Source: Neocallimastix sp. 'constans'
Taxonomy: Eukaryota
Assembly (NCBI GenBank): GCA_050613775.1
Contig: JBODTK010000118.1
Location: forward strand, 124,001 to 188,000
Length of the DNA stretch: 64,000 bases
Reading direction: 5' to 3'
Part shown: positions 42,736 through 62,546 of the stretch, one piece after another
Layout: each line of letters starts with the position of its first letter
Position numbering within the stretch: position 1 is the stretch's first letter
Program-made: the position numbers and the translations under genes
Notes under the pieces: model-generated
What the model was told of the DNA's origin: nothing
Database searches by the model: none
What the model saw: only the letters and a program-made list of their open reading frames with translations

Positions 42736-45700
42736 TTTCAACTGAGAATGTAATTTATTGTAAATCCTTTCATTTTATAATTTTACTCGTATTAAAATAT
42801 TGAAAGTACACATTAACATTTAAAATAACGTATAATATACATGAAAAAATACTTTATTATGCAACTGTACTTTTAAATATAATTTATTTTAAAAAAGAAA
42901 AAAGGTATAATCTAAGAAACAGTAATTTTATTAATATGAAGTTTTTGAAGTTGATATTTTATTATTTTTTTCTCATTAATTTATAAAATATATATTATAG
43001 AAAAAATTTTATAATAAAAAATATTTATAAATTATAACTTCAATATATTAATTTTATTATTAAAATAATAAAAACAGCTATCTTATTATTATTCTTTTAT
43101 TTTACATTAAATATAATAAAAATGAAAAGGTTAAATAAAATATAAAATATATTATTGGATATCTTTCAAAAAGCTTTAAAAATAAATATCTAAATTATTT
43201 TTTTTAAATCAAATATATGATTATTAAATTCAAAAAAAATGAATATATATATGTTTAAAAATAATTATTACTATTAAATATAAATATTTAAATAAATTAT
43301 AACATATATTTCTTCAGGTTTTTTTTTTTATAATATTATTTAGCTTTATATATTTATCTATAATTATTTATATTTGTTTATTAATTTATTTAATTATCTA
43401 TTTTCATTTATTTATTTACATTTATTTATTTATTAAATTTTTATTTATTTTTATTTATTTATTAATTTAATATTATTTATTTATTTATTACCTACATTTC
43501 TCAAGAAAAAATTTTTTTAATTAATTAATTAAATTAAAATTTGTTTTAATTAAAATTACTAAAAAAGGAAATGTTCATTATAAAACGGATAGAAAAATTT
43601 AAAATTAAAATTTTTCTTTTATTACTTTTTTTTTTTTTTAAAATGATTTAATATTTTTTTTTTAAATATTATTATTACTTAAATATAGTTACTATATATT
43701 CTATAATAGTTAAAATTTTAATTAATTATGTTTCTTTAAAAAATATTTTTATTATAAATAATAATATTTTTTAAAGAGATATTAATTATAATCTTTTTTT
43801 ATTAATATTATATATGGTATTGAAAAATAATATTTATTTAGAAAATAAATTCATCAATTCCATAATCATGGTCAAATATTTAATCTTTTTTATTTTTTGT
43901 TTTGTTTTTTTTTTTGTTTTGTTTTATTTTTTGTTTTTCTTTTTATGTTGTTTTTGTTTTTTGTTATTGTTTATATTTTTTGTTGTTTATTTTTTTTTTT
44001 TGCTTCTATATTATAAAGCATTTAATTAATTACACAATAATCTAGGGTATATTTAATTAATATTTTTTTAATCTTTATTTTTTTTTTAAAAAAAAAAAAA
44101 TAAAAAAAAAAGTTCTCCATTAAATTAAAAAAAAAAAATTTTAAAATGGATTTATATAAACATTTTATATAAAGAAAATAAAAAAAATGTAATTTATTAT
44201 TTATAATTCATTATATTATTTTTTTATTTTTTAATATTTTTATAAAATATAATAATATATTATTATTTTTTATTACTATTATTTTATTAATTATTAAAAA
44301 AATATATCATTTAGTTTTTTATTAATAAAATATAATGTATGTACGAAAAACGTTTTTTAATAATAAAAAAAAATATTATAAAAAAAAATATCTAATGTAA
44401 TTACAGAGATAAGTATTATTTTGATATTATAATCCAATTTTCAGAAAGAAAAGAAAAAAAAATTTTTTTTCTTTCTTTTTTTGTATTTAATTCGTTCATA
44501 TTTATTTTTAATTATTATCAAAAAATACTGTTAAGTGAAAAATTATTATATAAAAAAAGTTTTTTTCTTTTTTTTATATTTACTGATTAAAAAAAATCTT
44601 TGTTAATCAGTAACAAAAAATATTCTTTGTATTAAATCTTTTTTTTTTTTTTTAATAGTTACCATAATATTAATTTATTGAATTTAAATTTAAAAAAATA
44701 TACTAATAAATATAAATAAAAACATAAAAAAATAATTATATATAATATTAGAAAAAAATTTTTTTAATAATAAATATAAAATAATTAAAATATATATATA
44801 TATTAAATCAAAAAGTCCCATATTCTAATAAAATTATAAAAAAAAAAGTTTATATTTTATTGATGTATAAAAAGGATATATAAGTTTTCAATCCAAGTTT
44901 TAAATATATATATATTCTATAAATTATTAAACAATTTTTATATTTAAAACAGAATGATTATGTATATTAAAACATACTTTAAAAAAATATTAATTATATG
45001 TTTTTTATTTCAAATTATAAAGGAAAATTATATAATTATTTATAAAATTTATTATTTATTTAAAAAAGAAATTAATATTCATTAATTTGATAAATATTTT
45101 TAATAGTTAATAACAGTTAACTATTTTATTTTAGCTATGTAGATTATCATTATCTACATAGCAAGTTATTTTTTTTACATAGTTTTGATTCATTATTATT
45201 ATTACAGAGATAGTTAGTTCTTAATAATTAATAGTCTATAATAATAATATCCTCATTTCAATATAATTAACAATTTAAAGATTTCACTTTATATAATTAA
45301 TGTTTTTTTTTTTTTATTTTTGTTATATTTATATATTTTAATATTAATTTTTATTTTTAAAATTTTATATTTTTAATTTTTTTTAATTTTTTTTTTAAAA
45401 TTAAATTAAATGAAAAGTTGTTTATTAAATGATGATTGGTTGTAAATTTAATTTATTTCAAACTTTAATTACTATAAAAATAGAGATAATATATGATCCA
45501 TTAAATAATGAATAGATTCAAATCAACTAAGAAGAAAAAAATTTTTAATTGTATAACTTTATTTTAATTTCCATTTATTTTATATAAATAGATAAATATT
45601 ATAAAAATAAATAAATAAATAATGAAATAATGAAATAATAAATAAATAAATAAATAAATATAAATATTATTATTATCCAATAAATATATCAATGAATAGA

Positions 45701-47314
45701 TAAATAAATTGTTTTGAATTAAAATTTTCCATTTGAACATTTGTTATAAATTAGGTTTTAAATTTTAAAAAAAAAAAAAGATAGAATTTTAAAATTTAAA
45801 AAAAAAAATTTATTATTATCATTTATTTATTTTAATAGTTTTTTATTTATTTATCTATAATTTTTATTGTTATTATTATTTTTATTAATAATAATAATAT
45901 TATTACTTCTTAAGTAATTGTTCTTTATTTAATAATATTTCGTTATATAATAATAATTTTATATCTTTATTTATTTAGTTATTTTACTTAAAATTACCTT
46001 ATATACTTGTTAATATATATTATTTATTTGTATTATTTATTTATTTATTTTATGATAGGAACTCATAAAATAAATATCTCATATCATTCATAAAAATAAA
46101 AAACTTTAATAATTAAAAGTCATTTTTATATTTGAATATTTATACTATATAGTAAAAAAATTTTTTATTTTATTTTACATTATTTTTATAAAATTATGTA
46201 AATAATTTTTATAGATTTAGATTTTAAAAAAAAATTTTTACTTTTATTTTGAATGTAAAGCGCAGAAGAAATTTTTAATTAAAAAAAAAAAAATTTTTTT
46301 TTTTAACAGTTTATATTAAATCTTAATAAAAAAAAAATTTTTTTTTTTAAACTTTTTTATTTTATTATATTTTATATTTTATTTATTTTATTATTATTTT
46401 TTTTTTTAAAAAAATAAAAATTTATTAATTAAATATAAAATATATATATATATTTTTTTTTAAAAAAAAAATTATAATTTTTATAAAATCAATTTATAGA
46501 AAATGTTTTTATGTTTTTTTTTTTTTCTTTTTTCAATTTTTTTTTAATTTCTTTATATTAGTACTATTTAATAGAAGAATTAAATTTCAATAATACTAAT
46601 CATTATAAAGTGAACAAGCTATATAAAAAGGAATATGATATAAATAAATAGTTATCAATTAAATAAATAAAAAATAATTAAATAAATAATCAATTAGTTT
46701 ATATTAATATTATGAACAATACTTCTAATAAATTTTTAAAAAAGAGAAAAAATTATATTCTATTTCATAACTTTACATTTTAAAATTTAAATATATATAA
46801 GAAAAAATAAATAAATAAAAAGCAAAACGTATATTTTTAAAATACTTTTATATTTTTATTGAATCTTTTAATATTACTATTATTTTGTTTTTTATTTTTT
46901 TTTTTGTTGAAAAAAATTTTTTTTTTTTTTTTTTCTTTTTAAGAAATAAAGAATTGTAGAAATTTAAATATAATAAATTATTTTTTTTTTCTTTTTTTTT
47001 TTTTTTTAATAAAAAAAAATTATAAAATAATAATTTAATAATACCTTTAATAAAAATTATTAAAGAACCATAGAAATATATCAGTAGTATTTTTTTTTTA
47101 TCTTTTTAGTTATTACTTTTAAACTTGTTTTTAACAATAATATAAATAATTGTATAATATTATTTAATTTTTTATTTGGTAATTTTTTTTATAAGAAAAA
47201 AAAATTACATTAATAATAAATAAAAAAATAAAAAATTAAGTAAAATAAAAATAATAATAAAAATAGAAATAAAATTTTTGTTCATATAAATTTATATATA
47301 ATATAAAAAAAAAG

Positions 47315-52681
<5,367 letters not shown>

Positions 52682-52961
52682 AATGCATATATATGAAAAA
52701 AAAAAAAACTAATAAATACATAAAAGTAGGAAAGGAAAAGGAAAAGAGGGAAAAGAAGGAAAAGAAAAGAAAAAAAAAGAAAAATAAGAAAAAAAAAAAA
52801 GAATGAATGAAAGAATGAAAGAATAAAAGAATGAAGGAAAATATAAATAAATGGAAAATAGAAGGGAAAGAATTTATTGAAAGCAAAGAATATATAGAAA
52901 AGAAAGAAAAGGGAAGGGGAAAAGAAAGAAATCAAATCCTGTCATTGCATATATTATCCAT

Positions 52962-53010
<49 letters not shown>

Positions 53011-53214
53011 TGTAAAAAGAAGTAAAATCCTAATTAAACACTTGTTTTTTTTTTATACATTCATACAAATATACCTATATCTAATCTTAGGGGAAATAAA
53101 TAAAATTACTTTCTCTCTATGAATATAAAAATCTCTCTCTCATTTTCTAATTTATATAAAATATATAATAATATTTATTGGTGATAATTGAAAATCTAAA
53201 TAAAATAAAATAAA

Positions 53215-53253
<39 letters not shown>

Positions 53254-54132
53254 AGGGAATAAAAAATCGATTATATTAATATAAACTATAATATTACATT
53301 TGATTTTAAATTTAATTAATAAAAAAATAAAAATAAAATAAAATAAAATAAAATAAAAAATAAAAATAAAAAAAAAAAAAAAATTTAAAATTATATATCT
53401 ATAATATATATATCTATAAAACATTCAACTTAAAATATATTATATATATATATTTAATTTATCTTAAAAAAGAAAAAAAAAAAATTTTTTTTAAATATTA
53501 TAAAATCTTGCATATATATATATAAAAAAATTCTAAAAAGAAAAAAAATAAAAAATAAAAAATTTATAATAAAAATAGATTATGAAAAAAAAAAAAAAAA
53601 AAAAAAAAAAGATAATTTTTTTTCTCTTGCGTTTAAATTTATATATTGTTTTAATTTGTTACGTTTTTTTTTTTTTTTTTATTAAATACATTATCTATTT
53701 TTTTTTTATATATATATTTTATTTTATTATATTTTATTTATATATATGTGTATTTATTTTATATTTTATCTTTATTAATTTTTTTTTCGTTATATTACAA
53801 ATATTAACAACAATAAAAATAATAATATTATTATTATTATTTTTTTTTTTTTTTTTTTTTTTTTTTTGTAATTATATTTACTTAACAATTGTCTTTATGT
53901 AAAATATTTAAAACATTTAAATTTATTAAATATATATATATATATATTTTGTTTTAATGGGCTTGTCTTTTAACAAAAAAAAATTTTTTTTTTTTTTGAT
54001 ATTAATTTTTAATTGATAATTTTTATTTATTTATTTATTTATTTATTTTTTATATTGTATTTTCCTAATTGTATTTTTTTTTTTTTTTTTAATTTTAATT
54101 TATTTTATTTTTTATTTTTATTTTATTTTTTT

Positions 54133-55575
54133 TTAAAGATTCATATCACGATATAATTCAGCTAAAAGGAAAGAAATTGTATCTTGATCATTCCAATAAC
54201 TAGAATGAGCTGGAATAGCTGCAAGGTATTGATTATCTAATATATCAGCTTGAATGACATAGTCCAAACGTCCATTAGGATTAATATTCTTCAAGTCACG
54301 AGGATTGAATTTTTCTTCTTCTACAGGACTGGTTTGACGTGAAGATTTATCAGGATCAATGAACGCTTGAACAGCACTATAAACGTTACCAAAGAGTTTC
54401 ATGCCACGTTGAGCAAAATCCTTTTGGAAACCTTGGAATTCACGTACAGTTCCCGTTAAACCACCTTTAGAATATGGTACTGGGTTAGGTTTAAGTATTT
54501 CTCCATCCTCCTTATTAAATTGTTTCTTTTTAAGAATGAGAGGTTCAATACGATGAGCAACTGGATCTGAAGGATGGAATACATTATACATTTTTTTCAC
54601 TATAGGAACCAAGGTTTCATTTGATGTCAATCCTTCCATGGAGGGATTTTTCCAATCAAAGAATCGAATATTTCTATCACTAAGAATGGTGAAAAGACCA
54701 ATAGGAGAACCCACAGCTAATATGATGAAGTAATTATTTATTATTAAATAATATTATTATGATATTTTGAAATCATTATTATTATTATAATTTTTATTAT
54801 TATTGTATTGTTGTTGTTGTTGTTAAAATTATATATATATATATATATATATAGTAATAATAATAATAATAAAATAATAATAAATATTTATTATTTAACA
54901 ATTTAGTTTATTATTATTATCAATTAATTAATTAGTTAATATTATTGTTAATAATTATTTAAAAAAAATTAATAATATATAAATAAATAAATATATATAT
55001 ATATATATTTATATATTTACCAAAGAAGGTATGAACTGGGAAATCTAATTGTTTATAGTTGTAACTTACTTCACTACCATAAGGAGTAGATCTTTTATAT
55101 TTAATTATATCAACTTTTTCCTTTTCTGACTTTAAACATTCCGGTATTTGATGACAAAGAATATCAAAACAAAGTTGACTACCTAAGGAGTGACCAAATA
55201 AACTAACCTTACCTTTGAAATCTGGATGATGCTTCATAAATAATTTATAAAGACGATTAATTTCATCGGATAAAATAGTAATCATTTGTTGATAGAATCT
55301 TGGTACCATATAATAAAGGACTTTTTATTGATTTCATAAATAGAAAGGTAAAAAACATAAATGTAAATCAATCAATAAATAATAATATATTTGGAAAAAT
55401 AAAAATTAATAAATTTTTTATTTTATATATAAATAATTTTGTAATTAAAATTAATAATATTATATTATATATCATTATCAATAATATATTATTATTTTGT
55501 AATAAATAAATAAATTTTTGGGAAAATTTTAAAAAATATTAATATAAATAATATATATATATATTATTACAAATA

Positions 55576-55609
<34 letters not shown>

Positions 55610-56915
55610 TAATAAATTATATTATATTTAATTACAATTAAAATCATAATTTTATTGATAGTTACCATCTAAGGCAAGATCAGTAACAAGAGTTCTAACT
55701 ACAGGAATGGTTTCTAATAATATATCATGCATTCTTGGGAAATCAAAATCGTCATCATCATCATCATCATCCACATCAGAATCATCTACATCACTACAAT
55801 CAGAAGCAGTAGTAGATTCAGGTTTTAAATAATCCGATGATTTTGGTTTCAAATTATTATCACTGGAAGTCGCCTTGGAATTTTTAACTTCTTCTTTCGA
55901 TGTTTCTTTTCCACTTTCTTTGTTTTCATCTTCTTTATTTAAAGAAGCATTAGATTTCTTCTTGACAACCTCTTCTTTATCTTCCTTATCTGACTTTAAT
56001 TTTTTTTCCAAGTTACTAAGACTTTTCTTTAAATTTAAGCGACTTTTACGGTGTTTTCTTTTAATCTTATATTTATCTATATTCAAATGTCTTCTCCTTT
56101 TATATCAAAATATTAATAATATTAACATCAAAAAATAATAATAATAATTTATTATTATTATTATTATTATTATTTATTTGTAATAATATATATAAATATT
56201 ATTTATATTAATATTTTTTAAAATTTTCCCAAAAAAAAAAAAAAAATATATGTATATATATATATATATATTAAAAATCATCTTATTACTTAAGTTTATA
56301 ATTGTAATTATAATTATTATAATTATTTATTATTTATTATTTATTATTTATTATTTATTATTTATTATTTATTATTTATTATTTATTATTTATTATTTAT
56401 TATTTATTATTTATTATTTATTATTTATTATTTATTATTTATTATTTATTATTTATTATTCGTTATTTATTATTTGTTATTTGTTATTATTATTATACTT
56501 TAAAAAATAATTAAAATTATCTTATTATTTATTAAAAAAAAAAAAAAAAAAAAAAAAAGTTGCATAATAGTAATAATAATTTTTATTTTATAACTATTCA
56601 AAAAATAAATAAATAAATAAATAGAATTATTTACCAATTCACAGGAATAAACTGAACACCAGTTCCTTCCGGAACATAAATATTTTTATAAGCACTTTCT
56701 GAGGTGGTGGCATAAGATGGAAGGGTAGTTCCTGGATGATGTTGTGATTTATCCTTACAGAAATAGAGTTTAGCCACTTCCTTGGCTGTTCTTCTAATAT
56801 CATTAACACCTAGTTATTATGTAATTAATATTTTAAAAAATATATACATATTATTTATATTATTTATTATTATTATTATTATTATTAAGAGTTAAAATTA
56901 ATAGAAATAAAATAA

Positions 56916-56962
<47 letters not shown>

Positions 56963-58608
56963 AAAAAAAAAATTAAAAAAAATAAAAAATAAAAAATAAA
57001 AATAATTAATTAATAAATGAATAAATAAATATTAAATGAAATATATATATATAGTGAAATTCCTTCTAATATCAATTACTATTTTCAAAAACTAGTTCTT
57101 TATTATATATTATTTTTTATACTTGATTTTTTTTTTTTTTGGTTTGATTATTTAATTGATATTTTTTACATACTGCTTTCAATAGTGGAAGTCGCTTTAT
57201 CTTCTGCAAATTTTTCACCAATACCGTGAACTACAAAAATTAAATGTTCAATCTTATCATAACGATGGTCAACCGCAGATTCATCTTTTATGGTGTAATT
57301 ATTAATACTAAATTCAGTATTACTTTTTTCTGGTTCCTTTGAAATACCCTGGGTTTGGATTTCTCTTTCCATGTTAGGACTACTATTATTACTTCCATTC
57401 ATACTATTATTTCTACTAGTTACTGGACTAGAGCGATTACTACCTGCTTTTCTTACTGTAGAATCATCTTTAGTCCGTCTACTCTTATTCTTTAGGGCCT
57501 CTTCATTACGTTTTTTCCATTTTTCAACTTCTGTATAGCCTCTAATTAATCGAGTACCACCAACATTTTCATTATTAGTGATTTTTGTCATCACTGCTCT
57601 TGCCAATTGAGAAGCAATCTTCCATATATATATTTAGATTTATATATAAATTTTATATAAATAAAATTATTTTTATCAATAATAATAAAAGATAATATAT
57701 TGAAAAGTATTAATATACTTTTTTTTTTATATATTCATTTATTAATTTAATTTAATTTATTATTATTTTTATTATTTATTATATATAAAATAAATAATTA
57801 CTATAATTAACATTTATATATAATTTTAATAAATTAAATTTTGAAATTTCAAAATTACATTTGTAGATAATAACCAAGCACTATTTGGACCTGAATAAGT
57901 GATAGACTGACCAATATATGGTCCTTTTTTATTTTTATTTTTATTTTATTATTTTAATCATTTTATAAATATTTATATATTATTTATTATTAATATTCGA
58001 ATTAAATTTCCTTCTTTATATAATTCATTTTATTTACATTTTAAAAATAATTCTATATTTGAATATATATTATTAAAAGTATTTAAATAGTTTATATATA
58101 TATTTATTATTATTATTACATAAACAATAGTTGTGCACTTACCAGTTAATTTCCAATTTCTTTTATCCTCAAAATCAATAAATGTTTTAGATCTTTCAAC
58201 AGTATTTTTTGGAGGTTCCATTAACCATGGTTGAGCGTTTTGATATCCTTCTTCAATTTGTCTAGATAATTCTTCGTCACAAGCTAAAAATTTATACATA
58301 TCAGTGGCATAAAACCAAGTACCTCTTACAACTTCATATGTTTTTCCCTTCCAATAAATAGGAGATAATTTTCTATTTGGAATATCCACTTCAAATAAAA
58401 GATCATCCATTACATCCACGGTAACTGGCGGTTTTTCAATTCCAGTACCATTATCATATTCTAATAATTTTTGATAAGCCTTTTCTAAATTATTTGAATC
58501 AGCTTGGGAAAATTCAATTCTTATATTTGGACTTTCTTTATGTCTATTATCTGATTCTAAAGAATGAAACCAATAAGGAATCAATTTTGGTGGCTCTTTT
58601 AATGCCAT
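54133..58608 (-). CDS. DDL1: DDHD-domain intracellular phospholipase A1 (DDL1/DDHD2-like), 7 exons (approx. 58608-58143, 57923-57859, 57618-57174, 56809-56634, 56096-55666, 55320-55021, 54716-54133)
   Basis: PIYW..VVRGTWF, HLIFVVHGIG, VQFIPVNWR, lipase motif GHSLG, AVGSPIGLF, YNVFHPSDPVAHRIEPL, GRLDYVIQ and HSSYW. Junctions are in frame. Confidence 0.92.
56325..56460. repeat. Heptamer (TTATTTA)n repeat in a DDHD intron; a similar array lies at about 61540-61625
   Basis: Direct reading. Confidence 0.85.
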
Positions 58609-59432
58609 TTTTTTTTTTTTTTTTTTTTTTTTTGTTTGTTTGTTTGTCTTAAATATTTTTTATATTAAATTTTTTTATAATTTTTACAGACATAAAATTT
58701 TTTTTTATTTTTAAAAAAAAAGGATATTTGTATATTAATAATATACTACATTAAATAATGATATAAAATATATATGTACATATGTACTATAATGTTTGAA
58801 ACAAATTATATATTATAATAAAAAAAAAAGTTAAATACATATAAATATATTTTTTAAAATAATAAAAATAATTAATTATATATAAAGATATATGAGATCA
58901 ATTAAAAAAAGATATATATTTTATATAAATATTTACTAATATTATTGATTATATAAAACTTATTATATAAAACTTAAATAAAAAATAAAATAATAAATAA
59001 ATAATAAAACTAAAATGGTTCGTATAAAAATTTATTTCTTTATCTAAATAAAAGTTGTAAAACAAATTTAAAGTATAAAACAAAGAAAAAAAGAACAATA
59101 ATAATAAATAATAAAATAAATAAAAATAAAAATATATTCCTATATAAAAAATCTATATTTATTTATTTTTTTTTAATAAAAAATTATTTTAATTTTTATT
59201 ATCATAATTTCTTTTACATAAAATAATCCTTTTTATTTTTTTTTACTGAACAATTATATAATTATATAAGTGAATATTTTTTAGGTTAGGTTTTTTTAAT
59301 TTTTTTTTTTAAAAAAAAAAAGTTATTTAAACAAAAATCAAAATTTGAATATTCATTATGTATTATATATTATTTAAAAATAAATTTAATTTTCAATAAA
59401 ATTAATTATTTTTTATTAAAGTATTTGTTTTT

Positions 59433-59664
59433 CCAGATTTTAGGCTGGTGGTTAGTAATCAAGACTATCTCCTGAATTTATATGGGATGATGTTTTTTCT
59501 ATAAATGAAGTTGGTTTTCGCTCGCAATAGTATGTGTTCCTGTCGCAAGACTATAATATTGCTACTGTAGAGAGCACTTGAACTGTGAGAGGATTAGTAT
59601 AGTCGTTCCTCCCCCAATGATGATTCAAGAGACCACTGAAAAGAAACCCGCCATATAAAGCTTC
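59433..59664. other. Isolated GC-rich (~39% by hand count) non-coding island; candidate ncRNA or foreign/TE remnant
   Basis: Sharp compositional contrast with the flanks; stop codons in every frame examined. Confidence 0.5.
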
Positions 59665-59969
59665 ATATTATTAATTACTTATTATTATCAATTATTTATT
59701 ATTCAATTATTTATTATTTAATTATTTATTATTCAATTATTTATTATTTTTATGTATTATTTAATTATTTATTGTTTAAAATTTAAAAATTTATTTATTT
59801 GATGAAAAAAAATACAAAAATGGAAGTAATTAAATATATTTTTGTATGACTCAAAATGATCCTTAAATTAAAAAATTTATTTATTTATTTAATGGATTAT
59901 TCACTTAACTATATTTAAAAAAGTTAACTTATAAGATTAATAATTATTAATTAAAATAATAACTATTTC

Positions 59970-60036
<67 letters not shown>

Positions 60037-60829
60037 ATATTCAATTGTATTAGACGTTATTGATTTTTAAAATAAATGAATATAAAATCTAATATTGTAG
60101 TAATGTTAGTAAATCTACAGTAATAAAACTAATTTTTAATTGATAAACTAAATGATATGCTAATAAAATTCTTTAATAATTATAATAATATTATTATTTA
60201 TTAAATATTATTAATATTATCAAAATAATTTAAAAATAGTTATTAATAACTATTAAGATTACTATTTATCTAAATAAATAAAAAAATATTTAATTGGATT
60301 TAAAATAATTATTAATAAATAATTATAAATAATAATTGATTTCCATCACGTAAATATGATGCTATAATTTAATTTTGATATAGTTATTATTTTTAATAAT
60401 TATTATAATATTGATATAATAATAGAATTAAAAATATTTTTATAGCTAAAATAGTACTGTTATTTAATAAATTTTATAAATGTTTCATCTATACTATAAA
60501 ATAAATTAACTTTTTAATAATTTTTATTAAAGTTCTTTTGTTTAATTATATAAATATAAGATGGTTAAGCTATTTCTTTTATTTATTTATTAATATTTTT
60601 ATTTATAATAATTATTATTATTGGAAATACTTATTATTATTATTATATATATATTATTATTATATATATATATTCATATTATATATATATATTATATATA
60701 TTCATATTCATATTATTATATATATTATTATTATATATATTCATATTCATATTATTATATATATATATTATTATTTATTCCAAAAGTAATGAAATAAAAT
60801 TAATTTAAAACAATAACTTCAATAAAAAC

Positions 60830-60909
60830 TTATTACGAAGTATAACTTTTTTGAAATATATTTTAAAATATAAGTTTTTATATTTCAAAAAAGTTATACT
60901 TCGTAATAA
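60830..60909. repeat. Perfect 31-bp inverted repeat with 18-nt spacer
   Basis: TTATTACGAAGTATAACTTTTTTGAAATATA (60830-60860) is the exact reverse complement of 60879-60909. Confidence 0.95.
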
Positions 60910-62117
60910 CATTCAATTTATTAATTTTTTATAAAACTTTTTTTAAAGTTATATTATAAATATAATAATAAATGAATATATGATGATTATTATAAATATA
61001 ATAGTTAATGAATATATGATGGTTAAGAATTTCCAAATATTTCTGAATTGATTAAGTTAAATAAAATAAATTATTAATTATTATTATAATCAATGTATAT
61101 GCTTCTATTAATAATCACTATTTATTATTATTATTATAATATTAACAAACAAATAAACTCAAAAGTTTATTTATTTTTATTAAATATTTATATTAACAAT
61201 TTACTTTAAATGTTAATTTATCATATAAAAATGATGGTATTAATAACTGTTTTTAATGTAGGTATTATTTCTAATAGTTAGAATTGATATAGTAGATGCA
61301 ACCATAAAAAATTTTTTATATCATTTAATTTTTGTATTTTATCTTTATTAAATATTGATGACTTAGATATTCCCAAAATTTTTGATGATTATAGACGAAG
61401 TATTGAAGATTATTATTTAATATTATTATTACTAAAAATATTTATAATATCTAATATTATTATATATAATTATAATTATTAGTAATTATTTATTATTATA
61501 ATTATTAATAATTATCTATTTATTATTAGAATTATATATTGTTATTTATTATTATTTATTATTTATTATTTATTATTTATTATTATTTATTATTTATTAT
61601 TTATTATTTATTATTTATTATTTATTTTTATTTATTATTATTATTATTATTTATCATTATATCATTATATCATTTAATATTATCTTGTTTATCATTATTT
61701 ATTATTAATTATTACGCTTTAACATTAAAAAATAGAATATAATAAATAATTTCTAAAAAAATAATTTTATTTTTTTTTGTGTTTATTATTATTTTTAACA
61801 TAATTTTATAGATTAATTTTAAAATGCAAAAATCATATTTTGAATAATTTCTTAGATAAAAATAAATTTCATCTTTTTCTTTTTCTTTTTCTTTTTCTTT
61901 TTTTACTTTTTTCTTTTCTTTTCTTTCTTTGTTTTTTTTTTTTTTCTTTTATTGTTGAATTTAATAGATTTCAGTTTATTTTATTTTATTTTATTTAAAG
62001 TTTATATTATTTTATCATATATCAAATTATATGAATTATAATTAAAATTATATAAAATTACGTTAAATTATATCCAATTATATATCACATCTACCTTTTT
62101 TTATTTTAATTATAAAT

Positions 62118-62258
62118 ATGACAGTAGTTAAATGTAAATGCAATTCAGTACCACAACATTATAAAACTCAAAAACAAGGACCAAATTTTGGAAGATGGTT
62201 TTATACTGTAATAAATTATTATTATATTATATTAAATATTTATTTGTTATTTATTATT

Positions 62259-62300
<42 letters not shown>

Positions 62301-62464
62301 TTAATTTAGATAATTATTAATTATACTAAATAATTTTGATTTAATTTTAAAATATATATTATGAATTTTATTTTTAAAATTATTATAAATAGTGTAGAAA
62401 ATGTAATTTTTTTAAATGGGATGACGAAACTGAGAGGGAAATTTCTGAAAATAACGACAATTAC

Positions 62465-62546
<82 letters not shown>

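Noticed and set aside
59281..59290. TTAGGTTAGG telomere-like sequence
   Set aside because: Only two units, so not significant.
59460..59640. U3 snoRNA call (AAGACTAT...GGGATGAT...TTTCTATA; TGATGA...CTGA)
   Set aside because: Box A is interrupted, no clear box B is present, and the C-D spacing is too short. Kept only as an unassigned island.
60813..60909. Resemblance to loxP arms (ATAACTTC..., TACGAAGT)
   Set aside because: Arms and spacing do not fit the 13-8-13 loxP structure, and no recombinase gene is in the window; probably chance.
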